A stretch of DNA of 64,000 nt, from assembly GCA_039798785.1 (NCBI GenBank), contig JBDKFG010000016.1:1-64000 (forward strand). The letters run 5' to 3'. Below are positions 1 to 9,531 of this stretch, in pieces (the stretch's first letter is position 1; each line of letters starts with the position of its first letter). Both the position numbers and the translations under genes were made by a program. This DNA comes from Verrucomicrobiota bacterium. Lineage in GTDB: Bacteria > Verrucomicrobiota > Lentisphaeria > Lentisphaerales > Lentisphaeraceae. A model generated the notes under the pieces. It was not told where the DNA came from and did not search any database. It saw only the letters and a list, made by a program, of their open reading frames with translations.

Positions 1-330
1 GGTGCCGAGGATGTCGCTGCTCGCGGCCCAAGACACGCAGACGGCAGAGTTCGGGTTGTGAGGGATCTTCTGCCCCTTCTTGTCAAACTCCGGGTAGACC
101 TCGTCCATCCTCGCCGCGACTTGTGCCGACGTCAACTTCTGTCCGGGATTGTGGGCCACCACGTGGATATGGGTACCCATCACATCGAGACCGAGCAGCC
201 AAATGCCGCTGCAATAAAATCGCTTGCGCAGTGCCAAGGCTTCGGCTTCGCGCTCAGCATCGCTGAGGCGGATGCCGTTGATGAAGTGGTTGAACAGGTG
301 CAGGCTGCCGAGTCTTGCGGCAGCTTCCAT
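1..330 (-). CDS. HUH (Y1) transposase-like / RAYT-like protein, 3' part outside the window
   Basis: My translation from ATG at 330 gives MEAAARLGSLHLFNHFINGIRLSDAEREAEALALRKRFYCSGIWLLGLDVMGTHIHVVAHNPG..., open to the window edge. VMGTHIHVV resembles the vMxnHxHll HUH motif. Not in the supplied ORF track. Confidence 0.55.
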   Translation of the reverse strand, partial: MEAAARLGSLHLFNHFINGIRLSDAEREAEALALRKRFYCSGIWLLGLDVMGTHIHVVAHNPGQKLTSAQVAARMDEVYPEFDKKGQKIPHNPNSAVCVSWAASSDILGT

Positions 331-675
331 CAGGGTCGAGTCTGAGCATCGCCCATTCGCTTGTTGTCAAGAGGCGCTCAGTATTTACTTGTTTTTTATA
401 AGCTAAAAGACGTCTGAATTCGAAGCTGCAGCGCTGCGTCTTGGGTAAAAAAGGGCGGAGTCCCTAAGATGCGGCCGAAGGAGCGTGACGCGCCTAAGAC
501 AAAACCCCGGCTCGCAAGAAGCCAAAACGAGCGTCTTTGGGGCTAGCACTGAACTTGGATTCCAGATAACGACAACAAAATCAAAGATTAAAGATTAAAA
601 AATCCGCAATAAAACTGCCTTCGTGCTCTTCGTGTCTTCGTGGTGAATTTGGTTCCGGCTCAGCCGGGATACGGC

Positions 676-1179
676 TCAGCGCCGCATCACTTCCGCTTCG
701 ACCAGGCCGGCGGAGCCGATGCTGACGGCGAAGTCGAGCGAGCCGCTGCGGCCGTCGGCGAGCTGGTAGTCGTAGCGATAACGGCTGATCGAAACCTGTT
801 GGACATCGCCTTTGGCGTCGCTGCGGTGCTCAATGAAGCTGCCGTGTTTGCGGCATTCGCCTTTAAGGATCGGCGGTAAGGAGCCGGCACGATCGAGCTG
901 GACTTCGTCTCCGATAAATGAAGCGAACTCGGTCTGGCCAGGGCCGCAGACGCGGCTTTCCGCCTGCCATTTGACCTTGAGGGCAAAGGCCTCGCCGTCT
1001 TGCAAAGTCAAGCCGAGGAAGCTTCGCGGTCCGCTCAGGGGAAGGAGGAATTCGACGTCGCCGGGGGCGACATTTGCGGTGGGCGCATGATTGGCGGGGA
1101 GGCTGCGGCAGGAGGCGCAAAGCAGGCCGCCGCCGAGAACGGCGGCGGCGAGGCTGGTGGAAATCCGAGAGGCGCTCAT
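676..1179 (-). CDS. hypothetical exported protein / lipoprotein
   Basis: Signal-like N-terminus ending LCASC; start overlaps the pyrG stop. Confidence 0.6.
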   Translation of the reverse strand: MSASRISTSLAAAVLGGGLLCASCRSLPANHAPTANVAPGDVEFLLPLSGPRSFLGLTLQDGEAFALKVKWQAESRVCGPGQTEFASFIGDEVQLDRAGSLPPILKGECRKHGSFIEHRSDAKGDVQQVSISRYRYDYQLADGRSGSLDFAVSIGSAGLVEAEVMRR

Positions 1180-2813
1180 TGGCCGTCGCGCTTTTTTAGC
1201 GAGGCGGTGACGAAGTCGCGGAAGAGCGGGTGCGGCTTCAGGGGGGTGGATTTGAATTCCGGGTGGAACTGGCCGGCGACGAACCAGGGGTGGTCGGGGC
1301 GTTCGACGATTTCCACCAGTTCGCCGTTGGGCGAGGTGCCGGCGAAGACCAGGCCGGCTTTTTCGAGGGCGGGGCGGAAGGCGTTGTTGAACTCGTAGCG
1401 GTGGCGGTGGCGCTCGGTGATGCGGGTCTGACCATAGGCGGCGGCGGATTTGGTGCCGGGCTTGAGTTCGCAGGGGTAGGAGCCGAGGCGCATGGTGCCA
1501 CCCATCTGGGTGACGCTGCGCTGGTCGTGCATCAGGTCGATCACCGGGTTCTTGCTGTGCATGTCGAACTCGGTCGAGTTGGCATCGGCCAAGCCGGCGA
1601 CGTTGCGAGCGGTCTCGATGCAGGCGAGCTGCATGCCGAGGCAGATGCCGAAGAGGGGGACTTTGTTCTCGCGGGCGTAGCGGATGGTTTCGATCTTGCC
1701 GGCGACGCCGCGGTCGCCGAAGCCGCCGGGGACGAGGATGCCGTGGCAGTCCTTGAGCAGGCTAGAGGCGGTTTCGGCGGTGACCTGTTCGGCCTCGAGG
1801 TGGAGGAACTTGACCTGGGCGTGGTTGGCGATGCCGGCGTGGATGAGGGATTCGTTGATCGACTTGTAGGCATCGGAGACGGAGACGTATTTGCCGACGA
1901 CGCCGATGGTGACTTCTCCCTGGCGGGGATTGATGTAGTCCTTGACCATCGATTCCCAGTCGCCGATCTTGAGCTCATTCTCGGGCAGGCCGAGGGCGCG
2001 GAGGATCTTGGCGTCGAAGTCCTGCTTGGCCAGCTCGGTGGGGACTTCGTAGATGGTGTGGGGGACGTCGACGACCTGGATGACGTTGTCTTCGGGCACT
2101 GAGCAGAACATCGCGAGTTTCTCGATGTTGTCCTGGGTGAGGGGCTTTTCGCTGCGGCAGAGGAGGAAGTCGGGCATGATGCCGATGCCACGGAGGATGC
2201 CGGCGGACTGCTGGGCCGGCTTGGTCTTGACTTCCTTGGCGGCGGCGATGTAGGGAACCAGGGTGAGGTGGAGGAAGAGGGCGTTTTTGGCGCCGACCTT
2301 CTGGCGATACTGGCGGATGGCCTCGAGGAAGGGGAGCGACTCGATGTCGCCGGCGGTGCCGCCGATCTCGGTGATGGCGATGTCGATTTCGTCGCCGCCG
2401 AGGCTGGCGATGCAGCGGTTGATCTCGTTGGTGATGTGGGGGATGACCTGGACGGTGCGGCCGAGGTATTCGCCTTTGCGTTCGCGTTCGAGGACGGTCT
2501 GGTAGACCCGGCCGGCGGTGAAGTTCGAGGCGCGGGTGCAATCGACGCCGGAGAAGCGTTCGTAGTGGCCGAGGTCGAGGTCGGCTTCGGCGCCGTCTTC
2601 GGTGACGTAGACTTCGCCGTGCTGGAAGGGCGACATGGTGCCGGGGTCGACGTTGAGGTAGGGGTCGAGCTTCTGCATGGCGACGCGGTAGCCGCGGCGG
2701 GCGAGGAGGAAGGCGACGGAGGCGGCGGTGATGCCTTTGCCGAGGGACGAGACCACACCGCCGGTGATGAAGAGGTGTTTGGTCTGGTGCTTGGCGGCGG
2801 GAGAGCTGGACAT
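1176..2813 (-). CDS. pyrG: CTP synthase
   Basis: GGVVSSLGKG, KLDPYLNVDPGTMSPFQHGEV, GATase GICLGMQ and QFHPEF; ATG start at 2813 preferred. Confidence 0.98.
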   Translation of the reverse strand: MSSSPAAKHQTKHLFITGGVVSSLGKGITAASVAFLLARRGYRVAMQKLDPYLNVDPGTMSPFQHGEVYVTEDGAEADLDLGHYERFSGVDCTRASNFTAGRVYQTVLERERKGEYLGRTVQVIPHITNEINRCIASLGGDEIDIAITEIGGTAGDIESLPFLEAIRQYRQKVGAKNALFLHLTLVPYIAAAKEVKTKPAQQSAGILRGIGIMPDFLLCRSEKPLTQDNIEKLAMFCSVPEDNVIQVVDVPHTIYEVPTELAKQDFDAKILRALGLPENELKIGDWESMVKDYINPRQGEVTIGVVGKYVSVSDAYKSINESLIHAGIANHAQVKFLHLEAEQVTAETASSLLKDCHGILVPGGFGDRGVAGKIETIRYARENKVPLFGICLGMQLACIETARNVAGLADANSTEFDMHSKNPVIDLMHDQRSVTQMGGTMRLGSYPCELKPGTKSAAAYGQTRITERHRHRYEFNNAFRPALEKAGLVFAGTSPNGELVEIVERPDHPWFVAGQFHPEFKSTPLKPHPLFRDFVTASLKKRDGQ

Positions 2814-2924
2814 GGGAGTTCCGGGGTTGGGGAGGTTTAGGATCGGCAACTATGTCGCGCCGAGTCCGGCTGTCAACGGCGGCGGAGCTTTCCGGGAGGG
2901 GGAAATCCGGTTGCGCAGAAGGAT

Positions 2925-3359
2925 CTACGGAGTGGGATTCTCGGTTGGAGCCGGGACGGCGGCGGCGGCCAGGCGTCGCCGCAAGTGTCCGCCGGCGAGC
3001 AGGGCGCAGCCAAAGATGAGGAGGGCCGCGCTGCCACCTTTGAAAAGGGGGCCGAAGACCAGATTGGCGCCGTCGGAGATGAAGATGCGTCTTTCCTGTT
3101 CCGAGAGTTCGTCCCAATGTTTCCGACTCCAGTCGTGGCGGATCTGCCATTTCTCCTGGATGTCGAGGAAGGAGGCTTCGATCGCGGCATAGGTGAGTCC
3201 GAGCGCCAGGAGGGTCTGGCAGGGCAGCCGGAGCCAGGTTTGGCGGATGCGGGAGATGAGGATGAGCGCGACGGCGCCGAGGATGAGAACTGCCGGGAGC
3301 AGCCAGCTGCAGGAGTTCCAGCGCGAGGATTCGAGGATTTCGATCACGGATTCCTGCAT
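2925..3359 (-). CDS. hypothetical membrane protein
   Basis: Three hydrophobic segments; same strand as and between trmO and pyrG. Confidence 0.6.
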   Translation of the reverse strand: MQESVIEILESSRWNSCSWLLPAVLILGAVALILISRIRQTWLRLPCQTLLALGLTYAAIEASFLDIQEKWQIRHDWSRKHWDELSEQERRIFISDGANLVFGPLFKGGSAALLIFGCALLAGGHLRRRLAAAAVPAPTENPTP

Positions 3360-4156
3360 GGCGGAACCTCTGAGCTTGGCGGGAATTCCGCGAGGAAGCG
3401 CCGGTGCAACTCGTGATCGCCCCAGCGCGACTCCTCCGGGCCGGCGAGGGCGGCGGCGCCGTAGCCGCTGGAGAGGTCGAGGCGTTCGACCCGGCGTGCG
3501 GCGGGATCGAGGCTGAAGCGCAGGCGCCAGGTCTTCACCGCCAGCTCGAAAAAGCCGGCGCCGAGTTCGCGGATGCGATGGCGTCCGGCCGGGGTGGGAT
3601 CTTCGCTGAGCATCGCCATCGACAAGGCCTCGAGGTCCCAGGCGCAGCCGGCGCGGGCGAGCCAGTCGAGTTGCGCCGCGATCAGAGGCGAGGAGTCGAT
3701 CGCCCAGGGGGCGTGATTGAGGGCGTCGGTCCAGCCGGCCTTGGCGTCCGGGAAGGCATCGGCGTAGGGCAGGTAGGGTTTGAGATCAAGGACAGGGCTG
3801 CCGTCGAGCAGGTCGCACTCGGCGATGTCGAGGCGAAGGCCGTCGATGCCGAGGAGGCGGACGCAGCTCAAGCCGATGGGGTTGGGGCGGTGGGGCGAGC
3901 GGGTGGCGAAGAGGCCTCGCTTGAGGCCGCCGCGGGGCGGCAGCACCTTCGGCTTCCAACCTCGGGCCTGGTCGAAGACGAAGACGACCCAGAGTCTTTC
4001 GAATCCGGCGAGGTCGTCGAGGGCGGTCTCGTAGCCGCGGCCGGGCAGGAGTTCGATGGCGCCACGGGCGGCGGGGGCGGCGCTGCCCTGGCGGGGTGCG
4101 GCGGCGGGTTCGCGGGCGGCGCCGCGGAAGTGCCCGATAGGGAAAAAGGAAAGCAT
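3344..4156 (-). CDS. trmO: tRNA m6t6A37 methyltransferase TrmO (TsaA family)
   Basis: GLFATRSPHRPNPIGLS and LLDGSPVLDLKPYLPYAD motifs. Confidence 0.9.
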   Translation of the reverse strand: MLSFFPIGHFRGAAREPAAAPRQGSAAPAARGAIELLPGRGYETALDDLAGFERLWVVFVFDQARGWKPKVLPPRGGLKRGLFATRSPHRPNPIGLSCVRLLGIDGLRLDIAECDLLDGSPVLDLKPYLPYADAFPDAKAGWTDALNHAPWAIDSSPLIAAQLDWLARAGCAWDLEALSMAMLSEDPTPAGRHRIRELGAGFFELAVKTWRLRFSLDPAARRVERLDLSSGYGAAALAGPEESRWGDHELHRRFLAEFPPSSEVPPCRNP

Positions 4157-4166
4157 CTGGGGCCTC

Positions 4167-4195
4167 AAAAAAGCGCCGCACGTCAAGTGCGGCGC
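4167..4195 (-). terminator. intrinsic terminator
   Basis: GCGCCGCAC/GTGCGGCGC stem followed by a T-tract on the minus strand. Confidence 0.6.
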
Positions 4196-4212
4196 GGCAT
4201 GGCGGGGAGTCT

Positions 4213-4881
4213 TCAGGCCGACTTGCGGCGCTGCAGCTCCTGGCGGAGGGCGTTGAGGAGGAAGTGGAGGCGGGCGGGGCGCATGCCCTGGGCGATCTCG
4301 AGATCGGTGCCGCGGATCACCAGGATGCTGGAAGGCGGGCCGCCGCGGCGCCGGAAGTTCTCGACCAGGTCGATGGCCTTGACGTCGGAAAGGCGGAACT
4401 CATGCTCGAACCCGAGGTTCATGAAGCCTCGGAAGAAGATCACTTCGTCGCCCTGGATGGCAAATTCGAGACGGCCGAAGCTGGCCATCAGGCCGAAGAA
4501 GCCGAGGGTGAGGGTGGCAGCGAGGAAGATCAATCCGACGAGGGTGGCGCTGGCGTCGAAGCCTCCTGCAATCTGGCCGCCGATGCATTGCCAGAGGGTG
4601 ACGCCGATGCCGATCAGCGAGGCCGGAAGCAGGACGAATCCGGCGGGGTGGCGGGTGCTGACGCCGATGAAGGTGACGTCGCCCTCCTTGCGGTCCCAGC
4701 AGGCGCGCGGCGGGTTCTTGAGGATGGCTTCATCGATGCGGCCGAGGTCTTCGACCGTCTCCTTGTCGGGAATGGTGATGTCGAACATCACTTCGCATTT
4801 GCCGCAGTAGGCGAGGCAGTGGTTGAGGTTGACCTGCTCGGGAAGGGCAGGGGCCTGGCAGCCGGGGCAGAGGATTTTCAT
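4213..4881 (-). CDS. membrane protein with N-terminal zinc ribbon
   Basis: CPGC...CGKC, then two TM helices and a small C-terminal soluble domain. Confidence 0.7.
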   Translation of the reverse strand: MKILCPGCQAPALPEQVNLNHCLAYCGKCEVMFDITIPDKETVEDLGRIDEAILKNPPRACWDRKEGDVTFIGVSTRHPAGFVLLPASLIGIGVTLWQCIGGQIAGGFDASATLVGLIFLAATLTLGFFGLMASFGRLEFAIQGDEVIFFRGFMNLGFEHEFRLSDVKAIDLVENFRRRGGPPSSILVIRGTDLEIAQGMRPARLHFLLNALRQELQRRKSA

Positions 4882-4912
4882 GGTTCTGAGGGTCCTTGTA
4901 TTCTGTAGAGGG

Positions 4913-6235
4913 TCAGCAGCCGAGCTTGAGGACTTCGTACTGGAGGTACCACAAGGCCAGCGAAGCGAGGAAGTTGGCGAGGATGGCGGGGAGGAAGCGG
5001 AAGTGGGCGCCGAAGGTGTAGGTCTTTTCCAGCGACATGCACATGACGCCGGCGGCGGAGCCGATGACGGTGAGGGAGCCGCCGATGCCGACCATCATGG
5101 TGTTGAGGGCCCATTGCGACTGGGTCATGTTGGGCTGGGCGGCGAGGGCGGCGGCCTCCACCGGGACGTTGTCGAGGATGCCGGAGAGAACCCCGAGGAT
5201 GCTGTTGCAGAGGATCGGGTTGACCTGCTCAAAAAGCTGCTTGATGTAGCCGAGCCAGCCGCAGGCGCCGAGGCAGCCGACGCCGATGATGATGCCGACG
5301 AAGAAGAGCAGGGTGTTCCACTCCACCTTCTGAAGCTGCTGGTACCAGGGCATGTGGATGCCGTGGAATTTCTTCAGGCCCCAGACGAAGAGCATCAGGC
5401 AGCCGAAGGTGCCGCTCATGGCGAAGGAGATGTCGATCTTCAGGAAGACATTGGCGAGGACGCCGAGGAGGATGGCAAAGAAACTGGCGATGGCGAGGGG
5501 GATGCCGCCGCGCTTCACCGGTTCGCTGGCGCAGTCCGGATCAATGGACTCGCCGCCGATCTTGCGGAGGTAGAAGTAATCCAACACCAGGGCGGAGACG
5601 ATCCAGCCGCCGAGGGCCGGGGGGATCAGCCAGAAGAGCTGGCCGATGGTGATCTTGCCGTTGAGGTAGACCATCAGGGTGGTCGCGGTGCCGATGAACC
5701 AGACGCCGGAGTTGGAGGCGAGGATGATGTTGCAGAAGGCGACGTGGGTGTAGCGCTGATCCTTGGAGATGTTCTGGATCGACTTGCCGAAGATCATCGC
5801 GGTGGTGATGTTGTTGAGGAAGGGCGACAGCAGAGCGGAGAGGAAGCCGCTGGCCCAGAACATGCCGCGGCTTCTCAGGCCGAGGCGGAGAAGGAAGGCG
5901 TTCAGCCCACCAAAGACATTCCTCTCGTTCATCATCTCGACGATCACCCACATGATCGCCATGAAGATCAGCAGCGGGCAGAATTCTCCCATCGCATGCG
6001 ACTGGAAGTGATCCATGTGATCCTTGAGCTGCTCAGGATCGTGATGATAATAGTAGGCGGCGATGACAAAGACGCCGGTGACCATGAACATCGCCGGCTT
6101 GAATTTGTCCATGTGCAGATAGGCTTCCCCTATGATCATCGCCATGCCGACACAGAAGATTCCGAGGACCAGATAGCCGGCCAGCGAGTGGGGCTCGATG
6201 CCGCCAGAGGCGATGAGAAGCGAGGCCTGATCCAT
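4913..6235 (-). CDS. nhaD: NhaD-family Na+/H+ antiporter
   Basis: Polytopic; LSPFLNNITTA, VEWNTLLFFVG, ILDNVP, GIGGSLTVIGSAAGV; GGAG RBS before ATG 6235. Confidence 0.85.
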   Translation of the reverse strand: MDQASLLIASGGIEPHSLAGYLVLGIFCVGMAMIIGEAYLHMDKFKPAMFMVTGVFVIAAYYYHHDPEQLKDHMDHFQSHAMGEFCPLLIFMAIMWVIVEMMNERNVFGGLNAFLLRLGLRSRGMFWASGFLSALLSPFLNNITTAMIFGKSIQNISKDQRYTHVAFCNIILASNSGVWFIGTATTLMVYLNGKITIGQLFWLIPPALGGWIVSALVLDYFYLRKIGGESIDPDCASEPVKRGGIPLAIASFFAILLGVLANVFLKIDISFAMSGTFGCLMLFVWGLKKFHGIHMPWYQQLQKVEWNTLLFFVGIIIGVGCLGACGWLGYIKQLFEQVNPILCNSILGVLSGILDNVPVEAAALAAQPNMTQSQWALNTMMVGIGGSLTVIGSAAGVMCMSLEKTYTFGAHFRFLPAILANFLASLALWYLQYEVLKLGC

Positions 6236-6504
6236 AGAAGTCTCCATTTGCGGATGAGTTGCTGCGATCAACGCAAGAATAAGGCCAGATTGCATTATTG
6301 CGTCGCTTCATTGTCGACCCGTCGACCCGGAGATCAAGGTTCAAGGAACTAAGGGGCGCGCTTGATTGGCGGGTAATTCAAGAGAAAACGGGCGTTCCGA
6401 ACTTGACCCATGGAGACACGGGGTCTAGTGTTGACTGTCCCGGGAACAGGAACCGGTCCTGGGACTCGCGCCGCCTCGTCGAATTGCCGACGGGACGCGC
6501 CCAC

Positions 6505-6557
6505 GGGTGCCTGACGAATGATTGTCAGGCAGGCATAGGGCAGTCGGGCCGCTGTCC
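6505..6557 (+). ncRNA. nhaA-I-like (Li+/Na+) riboswitch candidate
   Basis: GGGTG-[CCTGAC/GTCAGG stem]-CAGG, then hairpin GGGCAG-TCGGGCCG-CTGTCC; a second copy with covarying stems lies at 10908. Confidence 0.7.
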
Positions 6558-6615
6558 AGACATATCTTGATCTTCCAGCGATGGAAGTTCAATGTTCTGA
6601 AGAGGAAGCTACACC

Positions 6616-7401
6616 ATGCTTACCATCGGATTGCTTGGCTTTGGCCGGACGGGGCAGCTCGTCGCCAAAGAAATCCTGGAAGATCCTGCCTGTGTCCTGA
6701 AATGGGTGGCTCGTCGCCACCCGGAGCGGGATCACCGGCCGGTCAGTCGAGTCCTGGGGCTTGACCGCGACGAAGGGCGTTTTGTCGCCGAGAACCTCCT
6801 TTGCGGCGCCTGGTTCCGTGCCAACCGGGTGGATGTGATCATCGACTTTTCGCATTCGAATTCGGCCCGCCACTACAGCGCTGCCACCAGCCAGGGGATT
6901 CGAATCGTCTCGGCGGTGTCGAAATACGAACCTGAAGATCGCGCCTGCCTGACTCCCGCAGCCTGCTGGGCGGCGGTGCTTCACTCGCCCAACATCACCC
7001 TCGGCATCAACTGTCAGATGCATGTCGCCAAGCTGCTGCGCCGGATCATTCCCGAGGCCGACATCGAAATCATCGAAGAGCATTTCCGAAACAAAAAAGA
7101 GACTTCCGGCACCGCACTGAAGATGGCGGAAAACCTTGGACTCAATCCGGAAACCCAGGTTAACTCGATCCGCGTCGGCGGCATTGTCGGCCGACACGAA
7201 ATCATTTTCGGCCTGCCTTTCCAGACATTGCGTCTGGTGCATGAAAGCGTCAGTCGTTCCGCTTTCGGGCGTGGGGCGATCTTCGCCGCCAAATGGCTGC
7301 AGGAACAGGGTCCCGGTTTCTTCACGATGGAGCAATTGATCACGGAGAAGTTCACCCAGGCGCAGAGTCTGGCTGAAGCTGATTGTCAGAATCCTGTCTG
7401 A
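6616..7401 (+). CDS. dapB: DapB-like reductase (divergent 4-hydroxy-tetrahydrodipicolinate reductase)
   Basis: GFGRTG Rossmann motif, VIIDFS, SPNITLGIN, EEHFRNKKETSGTA, RVGGIVGRHEIIF, FGRGAIFAA. Confidence 0.8.
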   Translation: MLTIGLLGFGRTGQLVAKEILEDPACVLKWVARRHPERDHRPVSRVLGLDRDEGRFVAENLLCGAWFRANRVDVIIDFSHSNSARHYSAATSQGIRIVSAVSKYEPEDRACLTPAACWAAVLHSPNITLGINCQMHVAKLLRRIIPEADIEIIEEHFRNKKETSGTALKMAENLGLNPETQVNSIRVGGIVGRHEIIFGLPFQTLRLVHESVSRSAFGRGAIFAAKWLQEQGPGFFTMEQLITEKFTQAQSLAEADCQNPV

Positions 7402-7551
7402 GGATCGATCTCCGACGGCTCTGCTCATTCAGCAAGTATCCAGGCTAAGTGTCCATTCACTCAGTCTTTGATTTTGATCCTCGAGGCGATTTTGAATTCA
7501 TCTCTACCTTAAGCCTCTTGATCAGGGACAATGAATCAACAGGGAGTACTC

Positions 7552-8547
7552 ATGCTCGTTTCCGTCCTTGCCCTTCTTGTCGGACTGCCCTTGTTGGTGT
7601 GGAGTTCCAGCCGCTTTGTCGATGGAGCGGCTTCTGCCGCCCGTCATCGCGGCGTGGCGCCTCTGCTGGTGGGCATCGTCGTGATCGGCATCGGCACCTC
7701 GACACCCGAGCTGCTGGTCTCCTTGCACGCGGTGCAATCCGGCTCGCCGCAGCTTGCCCTCGGCAGCGCCTACGGATCGAACATCGCCAACATCGCCCTC
7801 GTCCTTGGAGTCACTGCTTTCCTGAGTCCGATTGCGGTGCATCCCACCATGTTGCGCCGTGAACTGCCGATTTTGCTGGTCGCCACGGCGCTCAGCTTCT
7901 GTCTGATCTCCGATGGCCAGTTCAGCCGTGTCGATGCGGCGGTCCTGATCGCCGTCTTTGTCGCTTATATGTTCTACTCGGTCGCTTCTGCCCTCGAGGA
8001 GCCGCAAGACGCCCTGATTCAAGAGGAGTTGGCCGAAATGTTCAAGCCGGCGATGTCGGCAGCTGCCAGCTGGTTCTGGATGATCGCCGGCTTCGTCGTC
8101 TTGCTCGGGAGTTCGCGCCTGCTCGTCTGGTCTGCGGCGGAGCTTGCCAGTGCATGGGGAGTGAGCGATCTGGTCATCGGCCTGACCGTATTGGCCGTGG
8201 GCACCTCATTGCCGGAGCTCGCCTCGACGATCGCCGCCGTGCGCAAGGGCGAGCACGAACTGGCTTTGGGCAACATTCTCGGGTCGAACATCTTCAACAC
8301 ACTGATGGTGGTCGGCCTGGCGGTTGCCGTGAAACCCTGCGAGGTCTATTCCGTCGTCCTCAGTCGCGACTTTCCGGTGATGGGGGGCCTGACTTTGGCA
8401 TTGTTGCCAATGGTTATGTCGCGGCGAGGAGAACCTCGTCTCGGACGACTTGAGGGCTTGATCCTTCTCTGCGCCTTCCTGGTCTACAACCTCTGGCTCT
8501 GCCTGGGTTCGCTAGACGCTCTTACGCGAATCTGGACTCAAACTTAA
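7552..8547 (+). CDS. calcium/sodium antiporter (YrbG/CaCA family)
   Basis: Alpha repeats GTSTPEL/GSNIAN and GTSLPEL/GSNIFN. Confidence 0.92.
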   Translation: MLVSVLALLVGLPLLVWSSSRFVDGAASAARHRGVAPLLVGIVVIGIGTSTPELLVSLHAVQSGSPQLALGSAYGSNIANIALVLGVTAFLSPIAVHPTMLRRELPILLVATALSFCLISDGQFSRVDAAVLIAVFVAYMFYSVASALEEPQDALIQEELAEMFKPAMSAAASWFWMIAGFVVLLGSSRLLVWSAAELASAWGVSDLVIGLTVLAVGTSLPELASTIAAVRKGEHELALGNILGSNIFNTLMVVGLAVAVKPCEVYSVVLSRDFPVMGGLTLALLPMVMSRRGEPRLGRLEGLILLCAFLVYNLWLCLGSLDALTRIWTQT

Positions 8548-8556
8548 GGACATGTC

Positions 8557-9528
8557 ATGACTCTTCCTCTGATCGTTCTCATCGCCGGTCTCCTGCTGCT
8601 GATTTGGAGTTCCGGCCGTTTCGTCGACGGCGCCTCCTCCACCGCCCGCCACCTCGGTATGTCGCCGCTGCTGGTCGGGATCATCGTCGTCGGCTTCGGT
8701 ACCTCGGCGCCGGAGATGCTGGTCTCATTTCTTGCGGCGCAATCGGGTTCACCGCAGCTCGCCCTCGGCAACGCTTATGGATCGAACATCGCCAACATCG
8801 CCCTCGTTCTCGGCGTCACCGCCCTGGTCAGTCCCATCGCGGTGCATTCGGGCATCTTGCGCCGCGAGCTGCCGATCCTGCTGGCGGTCACCGCCCTCAG
8901 TTTCGGGTTGATCTTCGACGGCGAGCTTTCGCGCATTGACGCGGCTATCCTCTTTTCATCGTTCGCGGCCTTCATGGTCTTCTCGGTCCGTTCCAGCTTG
9001 CAACAGCCGCAGGATGCCTTGGTGCAGGAGGAAATCTTGGAGAGTCAGACGCCGGCCTTGTCGAAAAGCGCCGGCTGGTTCTGGCTGATCTTCGGCTTCC
9101 TCGTCCTGCTCGGCAGCTCCCGCATCCTGGTCTGGGGCGCCGTGGAGATCGCCAAGGGCTTGGGGGTGAGCGACCTGATCATCGGCCTGACCATCCTGGC
9201 GGTCGGCACCTCGCTGCCCGAGCTCGCCTCGTCGATCGCCGCGGCGCGCAAGAACGAGCACGAGCTCGCTCTTGGCAACATCCTCGGCTCGAACCTGTTC
9301 AACACTTTGATGGTGGTCGGCATCGCGGTGGCGGTGAAGCCCTTTCCGGTCGATCCCGGCATCCTCCACCGCGACTTCCCGGTGATGTCGGGCCTGACCC
9401 TGGCCTTGCTGCCGCTGGTGATGGATCGCCGCGGTGAACACCGTCTCGGGCGCATCGGCGGCTTCATCCTGCTTGTCGTCTTCCTTGCCTACAACCTCTG
9501 GCTCTGCCTGGGCAGCAGCCCGGGATGA
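8557..9528 (+). CDS. calcium/sodium antiporter (YrbG/CaCA family), tandem paralog
   Basis: GTSAPEM/GSNIAN and GTSLPEL/GSNLFN; closely similar to the upstream copy. Confidence 0.92.
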   Translation: MTLPLIVLIAGLLLLIWSSGRFVDGASSTARHLGMSPLLVGIIVVGFGTSAPEMLVSFLAAQSGSPQLALGNAYGSNIANIALVLGVTALVSPIAVHSGILRRELPILLAVTALSFGLIFDGELSRIDAAILFSSFAAFMVFSVRSSLQQPQDALVQEEILESQTPALSKSAGWFWLIFGFLVLLGSSRILVWGAVEIAKGLGVSDLIIGLTILAVGTSLPELASSIAAARKNEHELALGNILGSNLFNTLMVVGIAVAVKPFPVDPGILHRDFPVMSGLTLALLPLVMDRRGEHRLGRIGGFILLVVFLAYNLWLCLGSSPG

Positions 9529-9531
9529 AGC

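Noticed and set aside
6361..6615. Lysine riboswitch upstream of dapB
   Set aside because: No lysine-aptamer features were recognised; the structured motif present matches the copy upstream of nhaD instead.
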